NCBI GenBank assembly: GCA_030141605.1
Contig: JAQGDQ010000004.1
Span: 62,001-126,000, forward strand
Direction: 5' to 3'
From: Tubiluchus corallicola
Taxonomy: Eukaryota > Animalia > Priapulida
Length of the DNA stretch: 64,000 bases
This document shows positions 51,998-64,000 of this stretch, piece by piece. The first letter of the stretch is position 1. The number at the start of each line of letters is the position of its first letter. The notes under the pieces were generated by a model that did no database searches, was not told the origin of the DNA, and was given only the letters and a program-made list of their open reading frames with translations. The position numbers and the translations under genes were made by a program.

Positions 51998-52049
51998 CTG
52001 CATTTGCCAAGTACAGCCAGCAACAGAAAAGAATCCAATGCTTTAGCAT
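51998..52049 (-). CDS. FN3/ZP-N gene, coding exon 1: signal peptide
   Basis: Exon 52065..51998 has a strong acceptor (tttccttttcag), an in-frame upstream stop, MLKHWILFCCWLYLANA+G and a CAG|GTAAGA donor. Phase 1 joins exon 2 as ANA|GEIIQL. Spliced CDS is 999 nt = 332 aa. The link across an 18.6-kb intron is inferred. Confidence 0.72.
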
Positions 52050-55000
52050 ATTATCTAAATTTTGTCTGAAAAGGAAATGAAATTCAAGTATCAGTTATGC
52101 TAATCCTGCCCAAATACGTTTGTATACCAATTGGCTCTTTTTTAATATATTTTTGTTGTTAAATCTCAGTGATTATAGCCTCCAATGTAATTTTAAGAAT
52201 CTATCAAGATGATTGTCCTAATTAATTGATTTTTATCATACAAGGTCTATTCTTGTCAGATAACCAATCAGAACTTACTGCGCTAACAACGCAGACAATG
52301 TCTAGCAAGGGAATACATTAATATATTAATACAAGAAGCCATTTAAAGTGAGGGAAGATTATAAGTTGACTCCTGAATGTAATATTACAGAACGGCAGAA
52401 GCCAGGATGCTGAGAGGATTCAGACGTTTTGGGACTTAATTGGAATCACGTTCTTCTGATAGTATCGTAAAAGTTGATGCCAATCAAGCTTCTATTTAAA
52501 TCCGAAAATAGGTTTTCTCATATTATAGTTCGCATTATGTCGCTGTTAAGTGCATAGTGTAGCAATTTTGGTCATTAATTAACTGTCAAACGACAGCAAT
52601 TTTCAAACTGTAAAAAAAACGAAAAAATCTGGACATTGCCGCGAGGAAAGAGTTGCTCGTAAAGGAGACAATAAAAAAGTAATAAAAGAAACGGTGAAAT
52701 TGTAAAAAAGGACCTCCAATAATGTACGAAATGGCCAGACACACACACTCTATAAACCTGACACAAAGAAACTGTTTTCTTTTATTTAACGTTCCTCTAA
52801 ACGAGATAATGTCTGTGATAACGATTGACATATAGCGTTCGTATTGTAAATAATGTCAGACATAAAAATCTTAAAAATAAACAAGAAGAGGCTGACAGGG
52901 TTGGATGGGTTATGTCAAAAATGTGGCTGAAAGTGGAGGAAGGTGTCATGCAGCAAAAAAGGTAGAAATTTGTATTCTGAGACTTTTTATACATGCTTCG
53001 ATTTATTTTTTTCAATAACTCATCGTAAATTTTGAGACATACTGCCTAAGGTTTCTCATTTAAACACCAATCTCTAATTAATTTTTGAGTACATCTTCCT
53101 GTAAATGTCGTAAGTTATTTCAAATATTTAGGTTAATTTAACTTGATTCATTGTAAATAATAAACCAAAAGTAACATATTGCCGTATAGTTGACTGGTAA
53201 CATTCATAGCTCATAATAGAATTCGAATAAACCTTGAAAAGAGTTTAGTATAATGTGGGGCACGCGAAACGCGTCCATTGTTGTGTTAATAGTCTACTAT
53301 TTTTTTCAATGATACACATCAATTGGTGAAGCAGTTCTACCTGTAAGCCTATACATACGCTGGGTAGGAGCTTTTTGTTATTAGGTTGACGTTGGGTCAC
53401 ATACTAATAATAACTCTCAATTGGATGATGATAACGATGCTATAGAAGAATTAAATGACAGCTATACACCCTGAATCTAGTATTAGCCCACATATAAACC
53501 GGATATTACAGAGTCTGTTCACCCGGCTAGGTGCCAGGGTCTGTAATCAAATTAATGACCTCCTCATTGATGTAAGTCTGTGCACAGACGAATGAAGAAA
53601 GTTACTGCTGATTAAGCTAACGGCTGGAACCAGAAATCTTCAGATGGTAGTAGTACTAGTAGCTGTTTAGTATTGTAAGAGTAACAGTAGATGTCTGTCT
53701 ATTGTACAGTAGTGATCGAATCTGTAGCGGATAGGCAAATGACCTGGTGGACAATAGTAGCCCTTAGATTTACAGTTATCTATGCTTGGAGTACTTGTAT
53801 GCTGTAAATGGTTGTTGCATAAATAGGCAACAGGTCTTTCGAAAATGTCAAGCATTTCGGAATTTTATTTACTGTAATATGACGTTTATGCACAACTTCT
53901 TTGTGACAATTCAAAAAGCGACCCTTATCTTAAAAACGAGTGTTCAAACTATTATGCACGATTTAAAAAATTTAAATTATTCGAGTCAATTTTAAATTAA
54001 GCCAATAAAAACCAGGGTATTATTTGTCATTTGTTAATTTAGTTATGCGTAATATTTATACAAATATTAATTATTCTTATGACGTCCTAAATGTCTAGAT
54101 ATGTGTGATTTGAGTTTGCGCTGCCTTTGAAGGGCTGAAGTTAATATTTACCAAAATGACTAATAACTATTATCTGATAATAAATTAATCTGAGTGACTA
54201 AAACCAACAGCGCAGACAATCTCCCAATGTGTATAGGCTAGTTCATTGACCAAAACCTGTTAAGGATAACTTTTAGCCTTGAAGTTGCTCTGGGATTAAC
54301 CCACAAACTATTTAAAAGAACATCAGCAAGACAGTACACAGAAAGAGAAAGTTTACAAGCTTGCTTGGTTTTCACCACTCTTAATACACTACCCTTCCAG
54401 CAACCGTTGCAATCAATAACCTGTTAATAAAACGCCTTTTATTGTACAGAAGCCCATATTAGTTGTCATCCCTAAATTCCAAAATTGCAAAGGCGAATTT
54501 TGGAATTTGGCTCTTTGGACTTGCTGATCAGATGCTCATGGGTGAATGCACTTTAAAGAACGACCAGATGAAAGCGCGTCGGCAGAGTGGTTGATCCATT
54601 TCAATAGTTAATGTATTTCAAAATTTGATTTTAATTAAAAATAACATCGACAAATAATTCGTTGAATTAACTTTTTGCATTACCCTTTGCATATATATAT
54701 ATATGTATATACATATAATATGCAAGGTGTAAAATCAGCAGTAGTACAACGAATAGAGGCTTCATAACAAACGCAAATAACAAACTATTATGGTCAATAT
54801 TTTATTATAATACAGCAGGCCTATAGCTAAATTTGAATCAAAAATTGATTTATAATGTCCAATCCTTAGAATGCTTATCCTTCAACTTTGGGATTAAAAC
54901 AGGTTTTACGTCTTAATGTGAGGCTGATCACTTGATTTCTGCCTACCGAACATTACTGATATTATATTTCCATTTTACTAGATGACCTTAAAAGATAGAC

Positions 55001-56639
55001 TAACAGCTGGTGAATTTCGACGTTTGATTGAGAAAATATTTTATAATTCAAGTGCAGCTCACATTTATCTGATATTATTGTACAATAAATATTGTATTAT
55101 TATAATAAATTTATAATTCTTGCCGTATAATTTTGGTTATGTAATAACAGGTAGAAGCAAGTAGGAACAGGCTATTGCATAGTCAGAAATTATAATTCGT
55201 AATCATCTGCAGAAAATTCGACACTAGTTCTGCTCTGCATGCAACATATAAGAAAAAGTATCAACTCAGTTAATAGAGTGCATGTGTGGTTAGTCTCGCG
55301 TCAAATATAATGTCTATGTCTAGCAAGTTTTATGTCACAAAGCAAAAGGTATAACAAGACACTAATTAGCATCCACTGTTTCTTCTACTCCACAAAATAA
55401 ATGAAATTATGTGAAGAAACAGAGTTGTAAAACTAACTAACTAACTTTCACTAAATTTTCTTAATGACAAGTTAACAAATTTTGTAAACTAGGCCTTAGT
55501 TAGTAAGAATGCACTTATGACAGAATATGTTTTCTATTTACGATATTATGTTTATATAAAAGCTATTTTTCATTGCTCAAAGACTGGTTTACAAAGAATC
55601 TACCGGAGGTACAAGAAGGAGAATTACAATTTACTATTGGATTTCATTTGATAATTGTTCTCTTCATTTGTAAAACACGATTCACACCATGTTAATGACA
55701 TAAAGAGTCTCAAGCCACAAGCAGTAAAACTGTAACCCCTGCGGTCTCTTTACCTCCGGACGTGATTACAAATATAAATGAGATTTTTTATTTATCCTTG
55801 AGCCAGTACTATAATGATGTTAGATTTTACCGAACGTGAATTACTTGATACTTCGTGCGTTCACGAGACAGCTGTGAGCTAAGAGAAGCAGCGAGGTTAA
55901 AAACGTGAATAATGACTTTTTGCTACTTGAGCAAAATTGATAGTTCATCAATAATGACAGTTTATACGCCCAAGAATCAACAGATTTTGGTAAAAAAAGA
56001 GATCGTAACAAAAACTTTTACAATAAACGCTACTGGTTCTTGTACACTTTATATTACTTATTTTTTTTGGCGAGACTGTTTCCGCTTTCTATTATGATAC
56101 TACAATGAAGGGAAGCAGATCACAATTGTAATAGTTCTAGGTCTATTTAAGTTTTTGTATCAAAGAGTTTAAGTCTACTGAATTCCATTAACCCCAAGTA
56201 AAACACATGCTTTATTAGTCGGATATAAAATAAATACTTAGTTACGTGTGTAAGTAAAGGAAGCAAAGTTTTAATAAATTTATTCCTTACCAAATAGAGC
56301 CCATGCAGTGTAGAATGTATCCAGTCAGCTGTTACCGCAAGAACTCATCAATGCAACGTCACACAAAATCAACCACTGACACGCTCCGTCAAGATAACTG
56401 TATTATATTTTCTCAAGCGATTCGCTGTGTGCTTCAATGATCATGACGTCATGTGTTTTGTGCAAGAAGGAATCTCTTTCTTCTCTCTTCTCTCGTCTCT
56501 TTTTGTCTCCCATTGCTTCTTTTTGTCTTTCTGTCTTTCCTCGGTTTCTCATCCTTTCTTTTCTTTTTTCGCTCTCCCTCCCTCTAATTAAAGCAGTACT
56601 AATTAAAACCGTTACAATTGCCTACGAACTTAAATAGAA

Positions 56640-56800
56640 ATATAGAAATCGCATGCCACAGCTTTCTTGTTGGACAAGGTAGTTACAATGCTTTTCTGAA
56701 TCATATAGCTTTTATCACAGATGCCACATGTAATTGTGGAGCGGAATTCCAAACTGCCCTCTGTTTACTATGTGAGTGCCCTCTAGTCAATATGTCTACT
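56640..56800 (+). mobile_element. Non-LTR retrotransposon (LINE) ORF2 C-terminal zinc-finger fragment
   Basis: FLVGQGSYNAFLNHIAFITDATCNCGAEFQTALCLLCECP matches the LTGHG-x-F-x-x-YL...C-x-CG...T-x-x-H-x-L-x-x-CP motif of R1/LOA/I-group LINEs, with the His residues degenerated. Confidence 0.7.
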
Positions 56801-57210
56801 AGATATAAATTTTTGTGTCACTTGAGCAATCAAGATCTCGAGTGTATAGCACATACGAGTACATTAAAAAAGACAAGGAATTAATAGCAACGTTTGTAAA
56901 ACTAATACGCGATCCTTTTATTTTTAAAACTGTATTGAGGAAGTCTGTTTAAAAGTATGCATTAACTTAATTAACAGTTTTTTTGTGAATTTAGAAATGA
57001 TGGAGTTAAAAATATAGCTAGATGATATTTTTAATGTTTTTAGCGCCAATCGTTATTATTGTTATTACTAACTGTTCTGAGTAATTGTGGTGTTCTTATA
57101 TAGGAATAACTTCTATGCATTTTGTAAATTTGTAATATTATCTCAAATGTTGTGTTTGTTTGTAAATAACTATTGTTAATTTAATTGAACCTGCAAACAG
57201 AGGGAAATGA

Positions 57211-57370
<160 letters not shown>

Positions 57371-57386
57371 CCTCTTTCTCCATAAT

Positions 57387-57392
57387 TCTCTG

Positions 57393-57485
<93 letters not shown>

Positions 57486-57490
57486 GCCTT

Positions 57491-57533
<43 letters not shown>

Positions 57534-57563
57534 CTCTTTCGCTTTCTCTCGCTCTTTTCTTTC
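57387..57563. repeat. (CT)n-rich microsatellite
   Basis: Directly visible. Confidence 0.95.
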
Positions 57564-60500
57564 TGTGACATTAAAGTGATTACAGTGCGGAGCTTTTGGC
57601 CCTTGTTATGACTCTGTCATTTGTAGTAAAACCGGGGCTACGGCGCAAATTATGACGATTTAAATAGAACGAAAATTATACTAGGTCTGAAATGGTTGAA
57701 AGCTTGACAATGTGTCTTTGTGCCCGCATTATTCCATGTGCTCTAAATTGTTTGTTGTTGCGAATAATAGCAAGTTTGCGATTTGTTACGGAAATGACCA
57801 CCCTAAATAATTGCTGGTAATTACTGAAACTGTCGGTGGAACTTTTGTAGGATTAGCCTAACTTGTCTTAACTTAGCTCAATTTTAGATGTACTGAAATA
57901 ATTAATCGTCTATATAAAAATATGTTACTAACCGCCTTATCATAACACTAGCCAGCAACAGCAACAGCTGTAGCATTTTCGCATTTTAACAATAGAAACC
58001 AACAGAGGCAAGAAGACCAGCACATCAATAAGACAAATAACGCTACCACCAGGAACAACAATACATCGTTTTGGTATTTAATCACTTCTGTTGCATGTCT
58101 GCTGTTAATATAATTGATTTATGTACATGTAAGTCACACTAGACAATGCTTTGATTATATTAGCCCCGCTTACACTTTACAGCTTATTAAAATTCACACT
58201 AGTAATTTATTTCAGTTGGAGGTAAAGGTTAAACTCATTTGTTATGTAACATTCCAAGCAAAATAACTTCATTATTTAATATATGATGAGATTGATGGGC
58301 TACGTGTTAAAAAGTTCACTGTACTTCTTTATTTCGTACATAAATTCAGCTGAAAAATGTACTGTAATAGATCATAAATCAATTACATCATTCTTTCATA
58401 ATGTCAGGTACAAATAATAAGTCTCAGACTCATATTTGCAGCATCAAGGGTCTAAAATCCAAAGTGGATTAAAGCAAGGACGTATCTTTAATATTGATTG
58501 TTTTAATACAGTTTTATCGTGATACTTAATCACAGTTAGTCTACACATTCGCGCTATCACAAGTTTATTGCAATTATTATTTAAGGTGTTACCTAAGCTA
58601 TAAAAGTGTTACATGCAATAGTTGCAGTTCAAAAATGTAATAATTCATATCTTTACAAGGTCTTAGTACCTAATTAGTGCTTACTGCAAATAATGCCGAC
58701 TCGACCATGTCGTCTTTAGCTGAAGAAGATGATAATGGTCGTAAATTATTATAATCCATTTTAAAAATTGCAATCATTTTAATTATTTACACCTCTAAAA
58801 ATGTTAGTAGGTGTTAATGCGATATAATCATTTACAACAGTTAGCTCTGCAATATCATCTCATCAGTATTCTGCGGTTGTCTTAGTTTGTTATCTAAGAT
58901 GTAACGAGAGAGTAAGAATCTGGGTGAAACGCTTCGGCCTCGTGTTTGCTTATGTCGTAATTAACGATGTTTTTGTGTTTTTACCTTGACACGTCATATT
59001 AGCCATCTTAACTGAGCTGAAAATAAATGCAAGTTTTTCCAATAGGAACCCAGCAGGTGTACTATAATTGCAAATGAGTATTCTAAAAACCGTGAAATAG
59101 CTTGATTTATTATTGAACGAGTTTCAGCCAAAGAATACACTCGCATGTTAAAGAGTCATTCGACCATGCTTTAAAGTTCAGTAAAGTGTCTATAATTGCT
59201 TAATTCCCGATTATGCACGAGTCGAAAGAGAGGACAGGTGAATACTTATAATTTTTTTATAAATTAGAAAGTTTGGGGCCAAAGTTCAAACGAGCGATTA
59301 GCTGAAAAAGCTTCATTAAAAAACCGTTACAGGTATTTTATTAGGCAAGACAGTACAGACCACAGCAATTTAAAGCAGTTTGGTACGCAGTGCAGGCCAG
59401 TGTAGTATAGTGCTGATGCAATAGCGATGGTGTTAGCAAGGAGGGCAATGGTGGGCAAATGGGTGTCAATGATGATGGTGTCACTTACTACTTTTAAGAA
59501 AAGTTTGTTCAGTCCACTTCTACATAAGTACTATGGGGCGTCAAGCTTTCTAGTGTCAGGTTTATGATGTCAAGCTTTTATTACCATTCGTGATAATGAC
59601 TGATGATGATGATGAAGATGAAGATGATTATGACGATGGCGATGGCAATAATACTCTTGTAGGCTTTTTTCATATGCAATATAACTTTTGTTTCATTTTA
59701 TTAAACACGATTGGTAAAGAGGTTTCGAACTTCCTTTACTATATATACAACATTTTAGTCGAAAACAAGTTTCGCAGATAACATAACAGAAAACAAAGGA
59801 CAAATACGTCAAGCAAAATCCAAATTTCTAAATAACTAGTTAATTACACTATGCGTAGGCAGAAACCGTTTTGTCTTGAGATTAACTGCAAGTAGGCGTA
59901 GAAGAACAAACAGAATAAATAGAAGAGTTAAAAGAATGAAACCAATAAAATCGACGAAATAAACAACGAAGACAAAAAAGAAAACGAAAAGAACAAAACA
60001 ACAAAAAAGAAAGTGAGGAAGAAGAAAACGCAACAGACATGTAGGCCTGAAAGCCCTGAAACAGTAAGGGCACACCACTATTAGCTGATCAGTACCTACA
60101 TGCACCAGTGGTGTTTACAGTGACACCAAATGGACAATAACACAAAACAATAATTTTCATAACGTACAGAAAATTGTTAAGCAATTCCTATAACAAAGTA
60201 GCGACTGTCCTTTTTCAAATCGCACCACGTTGCGCAATAGCAGCATTAATGTAGAAAATTCTGCTGTTAATGTTTTTATGTAGCTTAATACTATATATGG
60301 GTATAATGCTGTACGAATTTCCGCACCAATGACAATGCGAACGCCCTTCTCAAGGTCACCACGTCTTTGTTGATAAAACAGATTTTCTGACCTCTTCAGG
60401 TGCATAGCTATCACTCCACATTGATTAAGAATATGATACGGTCTACCAGTTGCCGAAAAGAATTTTTTACGTCCATGTAGGGTCAAGCGCAGAATCAGGT

Positions 60501-62035
60501 AAAGGTGATAGTGCTTAATAGTAAAAAGCTGAGATAAGATAAAAAAACGTATGAACTATTATCCATCTTAACCTTGGAGTCCTTCAAGTACAAGCATTAC
60601 GAATGCACTAAATCCCGAAGAGTTGGTTAAACGCATAAAGCTAATTATAATGACAACCAAAAGTAAACGGAAAACAGGCATCCTTGCTGAAATGTAGCAA
60701 GCAGACACACATAAAGTCTAGTGTATGTAATTAGATAATTAGTCTACAAAAGCTGTAGGTCCCGGCATGTTGCAAGTAAAACATGTGTTTAAACCTGATT
60801 TATATGAAACCTGCTTGGCAAGATGCTTGTGTAAACATTATTTCTACAACACTGGTGCAAAAGTCTTTATTTTTTTATGGTAAATGCTGTTTACTCAGCA
60901 TAATCATAACAACTTGTAAAAATATTCATCTCAACTGACTAATTCGAGCATCATAGCGTTACAGTTATTATTCATTAAGAAACCCGCGTCATTATTGGCA
61001 TCGCTCTCGGTTGATTACAATTAAAATAGTACTGCTTCTTTGGTAATTGACTTATTATCGTCGGCGGCTGTGACTTCTACTCAACATAGTTCTTTTTTAT
61101 AATATTATCACTATAATTTATTTTCAATTTGTAAGAAAAGAGCACGGGAATTTATACAGTTTATTTTTATGTTTATTGGGTGTATACAGCGTGCGTTGGA
61201 CGATGGCGCCATCTCCAGAGACGAAAAGAATGCGCATTGCGCTGCTTTGCGCATAGGAGATTTGCCTACACGCAGTAGTGTCACCTGGTACACACATAAA
61301 AATGTAATTGCTCAAAATGGCAAGGGAAAATAAGCAGTATTGTGCTGCACTGTCTGGGCCAGTATTTTAAAATACGTCATTTCAGCGTGGGTCTAATGAT
61401 GGATCCAGTTCCTAAATGAGAGAAAGAAAAATAATTTTCCTGGATCTTTTAGTCTTGCTTAAAACTGTTTTTGCATCTTTGATAAGATGCGCTTACAGTG
61501 TTATGTTTTTAAAGTCACGTATGATATTAATTTTGTATAATTTTATGTTCAAAATTAACAATGAATACTGAAAACAAAAATGCAAAAGATCCAGGCTTAA
61601 TTCCGATTTTTTACTTTTGGTTATACTTGATGTAGAAGAAAATTTGATCATTGATTTATTTGATCATTCTACAAATTCAAGTCTTAATTCAGGTGGTATG
61701 TAGTAGCTTAGAAGCACATATAATTAGTTAAATTATACTAAGATCTTACTTCCTAATTATTAATAAAGTTTAATTTTCCTATGGTATAGGTTTTGTGAGT
61801 AATATAGGATGAACAGCGGTCGCCAATAAGAACACCTAAACAACTAATAGTTAATTGGCTTATTTCTAAAATGTGTGATACCGATATTATATGCGATGGA
61901 TAACTCTGCTGGATTAATCAGCCGAATGTGCGTGTGATCTATACAAACCACGGTAAGATATTAGTAGTCTTACTGTTTTTCATAATTTTCACTCAAAATA
62001 TTGTACATTGTACAAAAGGGAGGGAACAGAAATAA

Positions 62036-62179
<144 letters not shown>

Positions 62180-64000
62180 ATGGAGAGAGAAAAGGACATA
62201 GAAAGATAGGGAGGATGGAGAAGGAGAAGCGAGGAGGGAAAGAGAGAGAGAGAGGGGGGGCGAAGCGAGGAGGAAAGATGTATTTTATATTAAATTTGAT
62301 AAAGACAGTCCTAAGCCTGTTTAAATAAAGCTCTCAGTATTGATTACAGCGTAGAGAAAAGACCCATTAGATTTCATTCTAATCCGAGTGAAAAGAGTGA
62401 AAATGTGGTGAATGGTGACTACAGACAGATGAGCTGATTACCGTCATTGAGTAGGAAACGAGTTTTCTAACAGAAGCCTAATTTTCTGACACATTTCATG
62501 TCGTAAGCCACGTTAACCTTGTGTTCACACAATCTTTTCTGCGTCGCACTTTAAATCTGTATAATCGTACTGTCACAACGGCTGAGGTAATTAAATAAAA
62601 GTTAGTTCATTTAAATAAAATATCATAACTGATATAACCTACAACTGATAAAGTTATTTACCAACAGTAAGTATTTTGAATAGTAAAAATTCAGTTAATT
62701 GGGTTCTTGGAATCTGCTGAACTGGTGTTATTCGTTAATCTGGTGAACGAATTGCCCCTTCCAAAAGACCAAATATACGCTGCGAAATTAGACGATCTGG
62801 ATTAGAATGTCGTGTTTAGCAAATTCTGAAACGCCACCAAATAATTAAAAAACAAAATTAATTGTTGTCTGCCTACATGCCTAAATGTAGACTGCATTAC
62901 GTTGCACTGGGAACAATATTCATTCCTAACAAATTTAAAACATATTTTGTTTTCGTTTTCAAATTGTTTTTGTTATGTCACCACCATATCCTGCGAAAAA
63001 CATTGTGCTTCCGCGTTAGAACTCAGAAACTTGGAGCTCAGCCTGCTCCTCTTTTTTGCTGCCTACCCTATTCACACAGTCTCGCGTTTACAAATGATTA
63101 ATTTTTGCCGTAAGCGACTGATACTAAAGATTGACAGTATGACAGCATGGGACAACTATGAAACAGGCATTTTTAAGCCGAGGAAGGCAACAGAGCTTTT
63201 AGTACGTTTTATCGAGAAAGGATAAAAGTGAAACACTTTCATGTATAACAGTCTGTATTCTAATTAGATCGTCAGCTTCGTAAATACCAGAGTTTTAATT
63301 GTTTGCACATAGTGAAATGACAGAGTTATTTCAATATGTGCAAGCAAACTGCCTTCATTAATCATGCAGAGAGACATTCCTTTTCATTACAGTTTTCACA
63401 TTTCCTCTCCGTCAGTTTGCATTTGTTAATTAACTTCACCTAATCATTATAACTGCACTTGGATTATGTTACCACAGATGTATCTCGCACTATAGACTTC
63501 AGAAAGCGAGCTAAACGTTATTAAATTCATCTAATCTATGATTGAAATTAGCGTTTTCAGCCAGAACTTCGCAATAATTTTGATAACCACAGATTTTCTT
63601 GAGTTCTAATTTTCTTGAATGTTTTGCAGAAAGATGCATACGTTTTTGATTTGCATAATGTAAGCAGCAGCCACAATTGCTGCATGACCTTTATAAAGCT
63701 TGTTAGTTCGATTTCTGTTTCGGATCAGTCTGGAATGATGAATTCATCACTCAGTATAGATGTGCACGACCGTTCTGGATTATTGAATCATTTGAAAGTC
63801 AACATAACAATCATGAAAGCACTATGGTAACAATTTAGAGAATATAAAGACAAGATCAAATTCTGTTATACACTGTAGGCCTATTATCACGTATCTATTA
63901 GTTTGAAAGCTGAAAACGCCTCAAACCTTGTTTTAGTACTTTAATGACGCCCGGATATAATAAATCTTCATTCATCCGTTTAATTGTTCAATGTCAGCAT

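Overview
AT-rich eukaryotic genomic DNA, probably from a marine invertebrate (inferred from GT-AG introns, many microsatellites, TTAGGG-type repeats and a MetaSINE-like element); it is not prokaryotic and has no CRISPR array. By hand-splicing I reconstruct two convergent multi-exon genes that the ORF track only shows in pieces. (1) A + strand 4-exon Ly6/uPAR three-finger (quiver/sleepless-like) GPI-anchored protein of 152 aa (17860..25195). (2) A - strand 7-exon type I membrane protein of 332 aa (27431..52049) with signal peptide, one FN3 domain, an isolated ZP-N (cuticlin/dusky-like) domain with no ZP-C, a TM helix and a short tail. The rest is mainly mobile-element debris: a 3'-truncated Ty3/Gypsy element (gag-PR-RT-RNaseH) with LADD in place of YxDD and a possible dUTPase-like insert, a decayed BEL/Pao integrase, LINE 3' ends, a tRNA-derived SINE, two 5S-derived relics, MITE-like inverted repeats, possible Penelope hammerhead relics and long microsatellites. 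All calls come from reading the sequence; no database searches were run.
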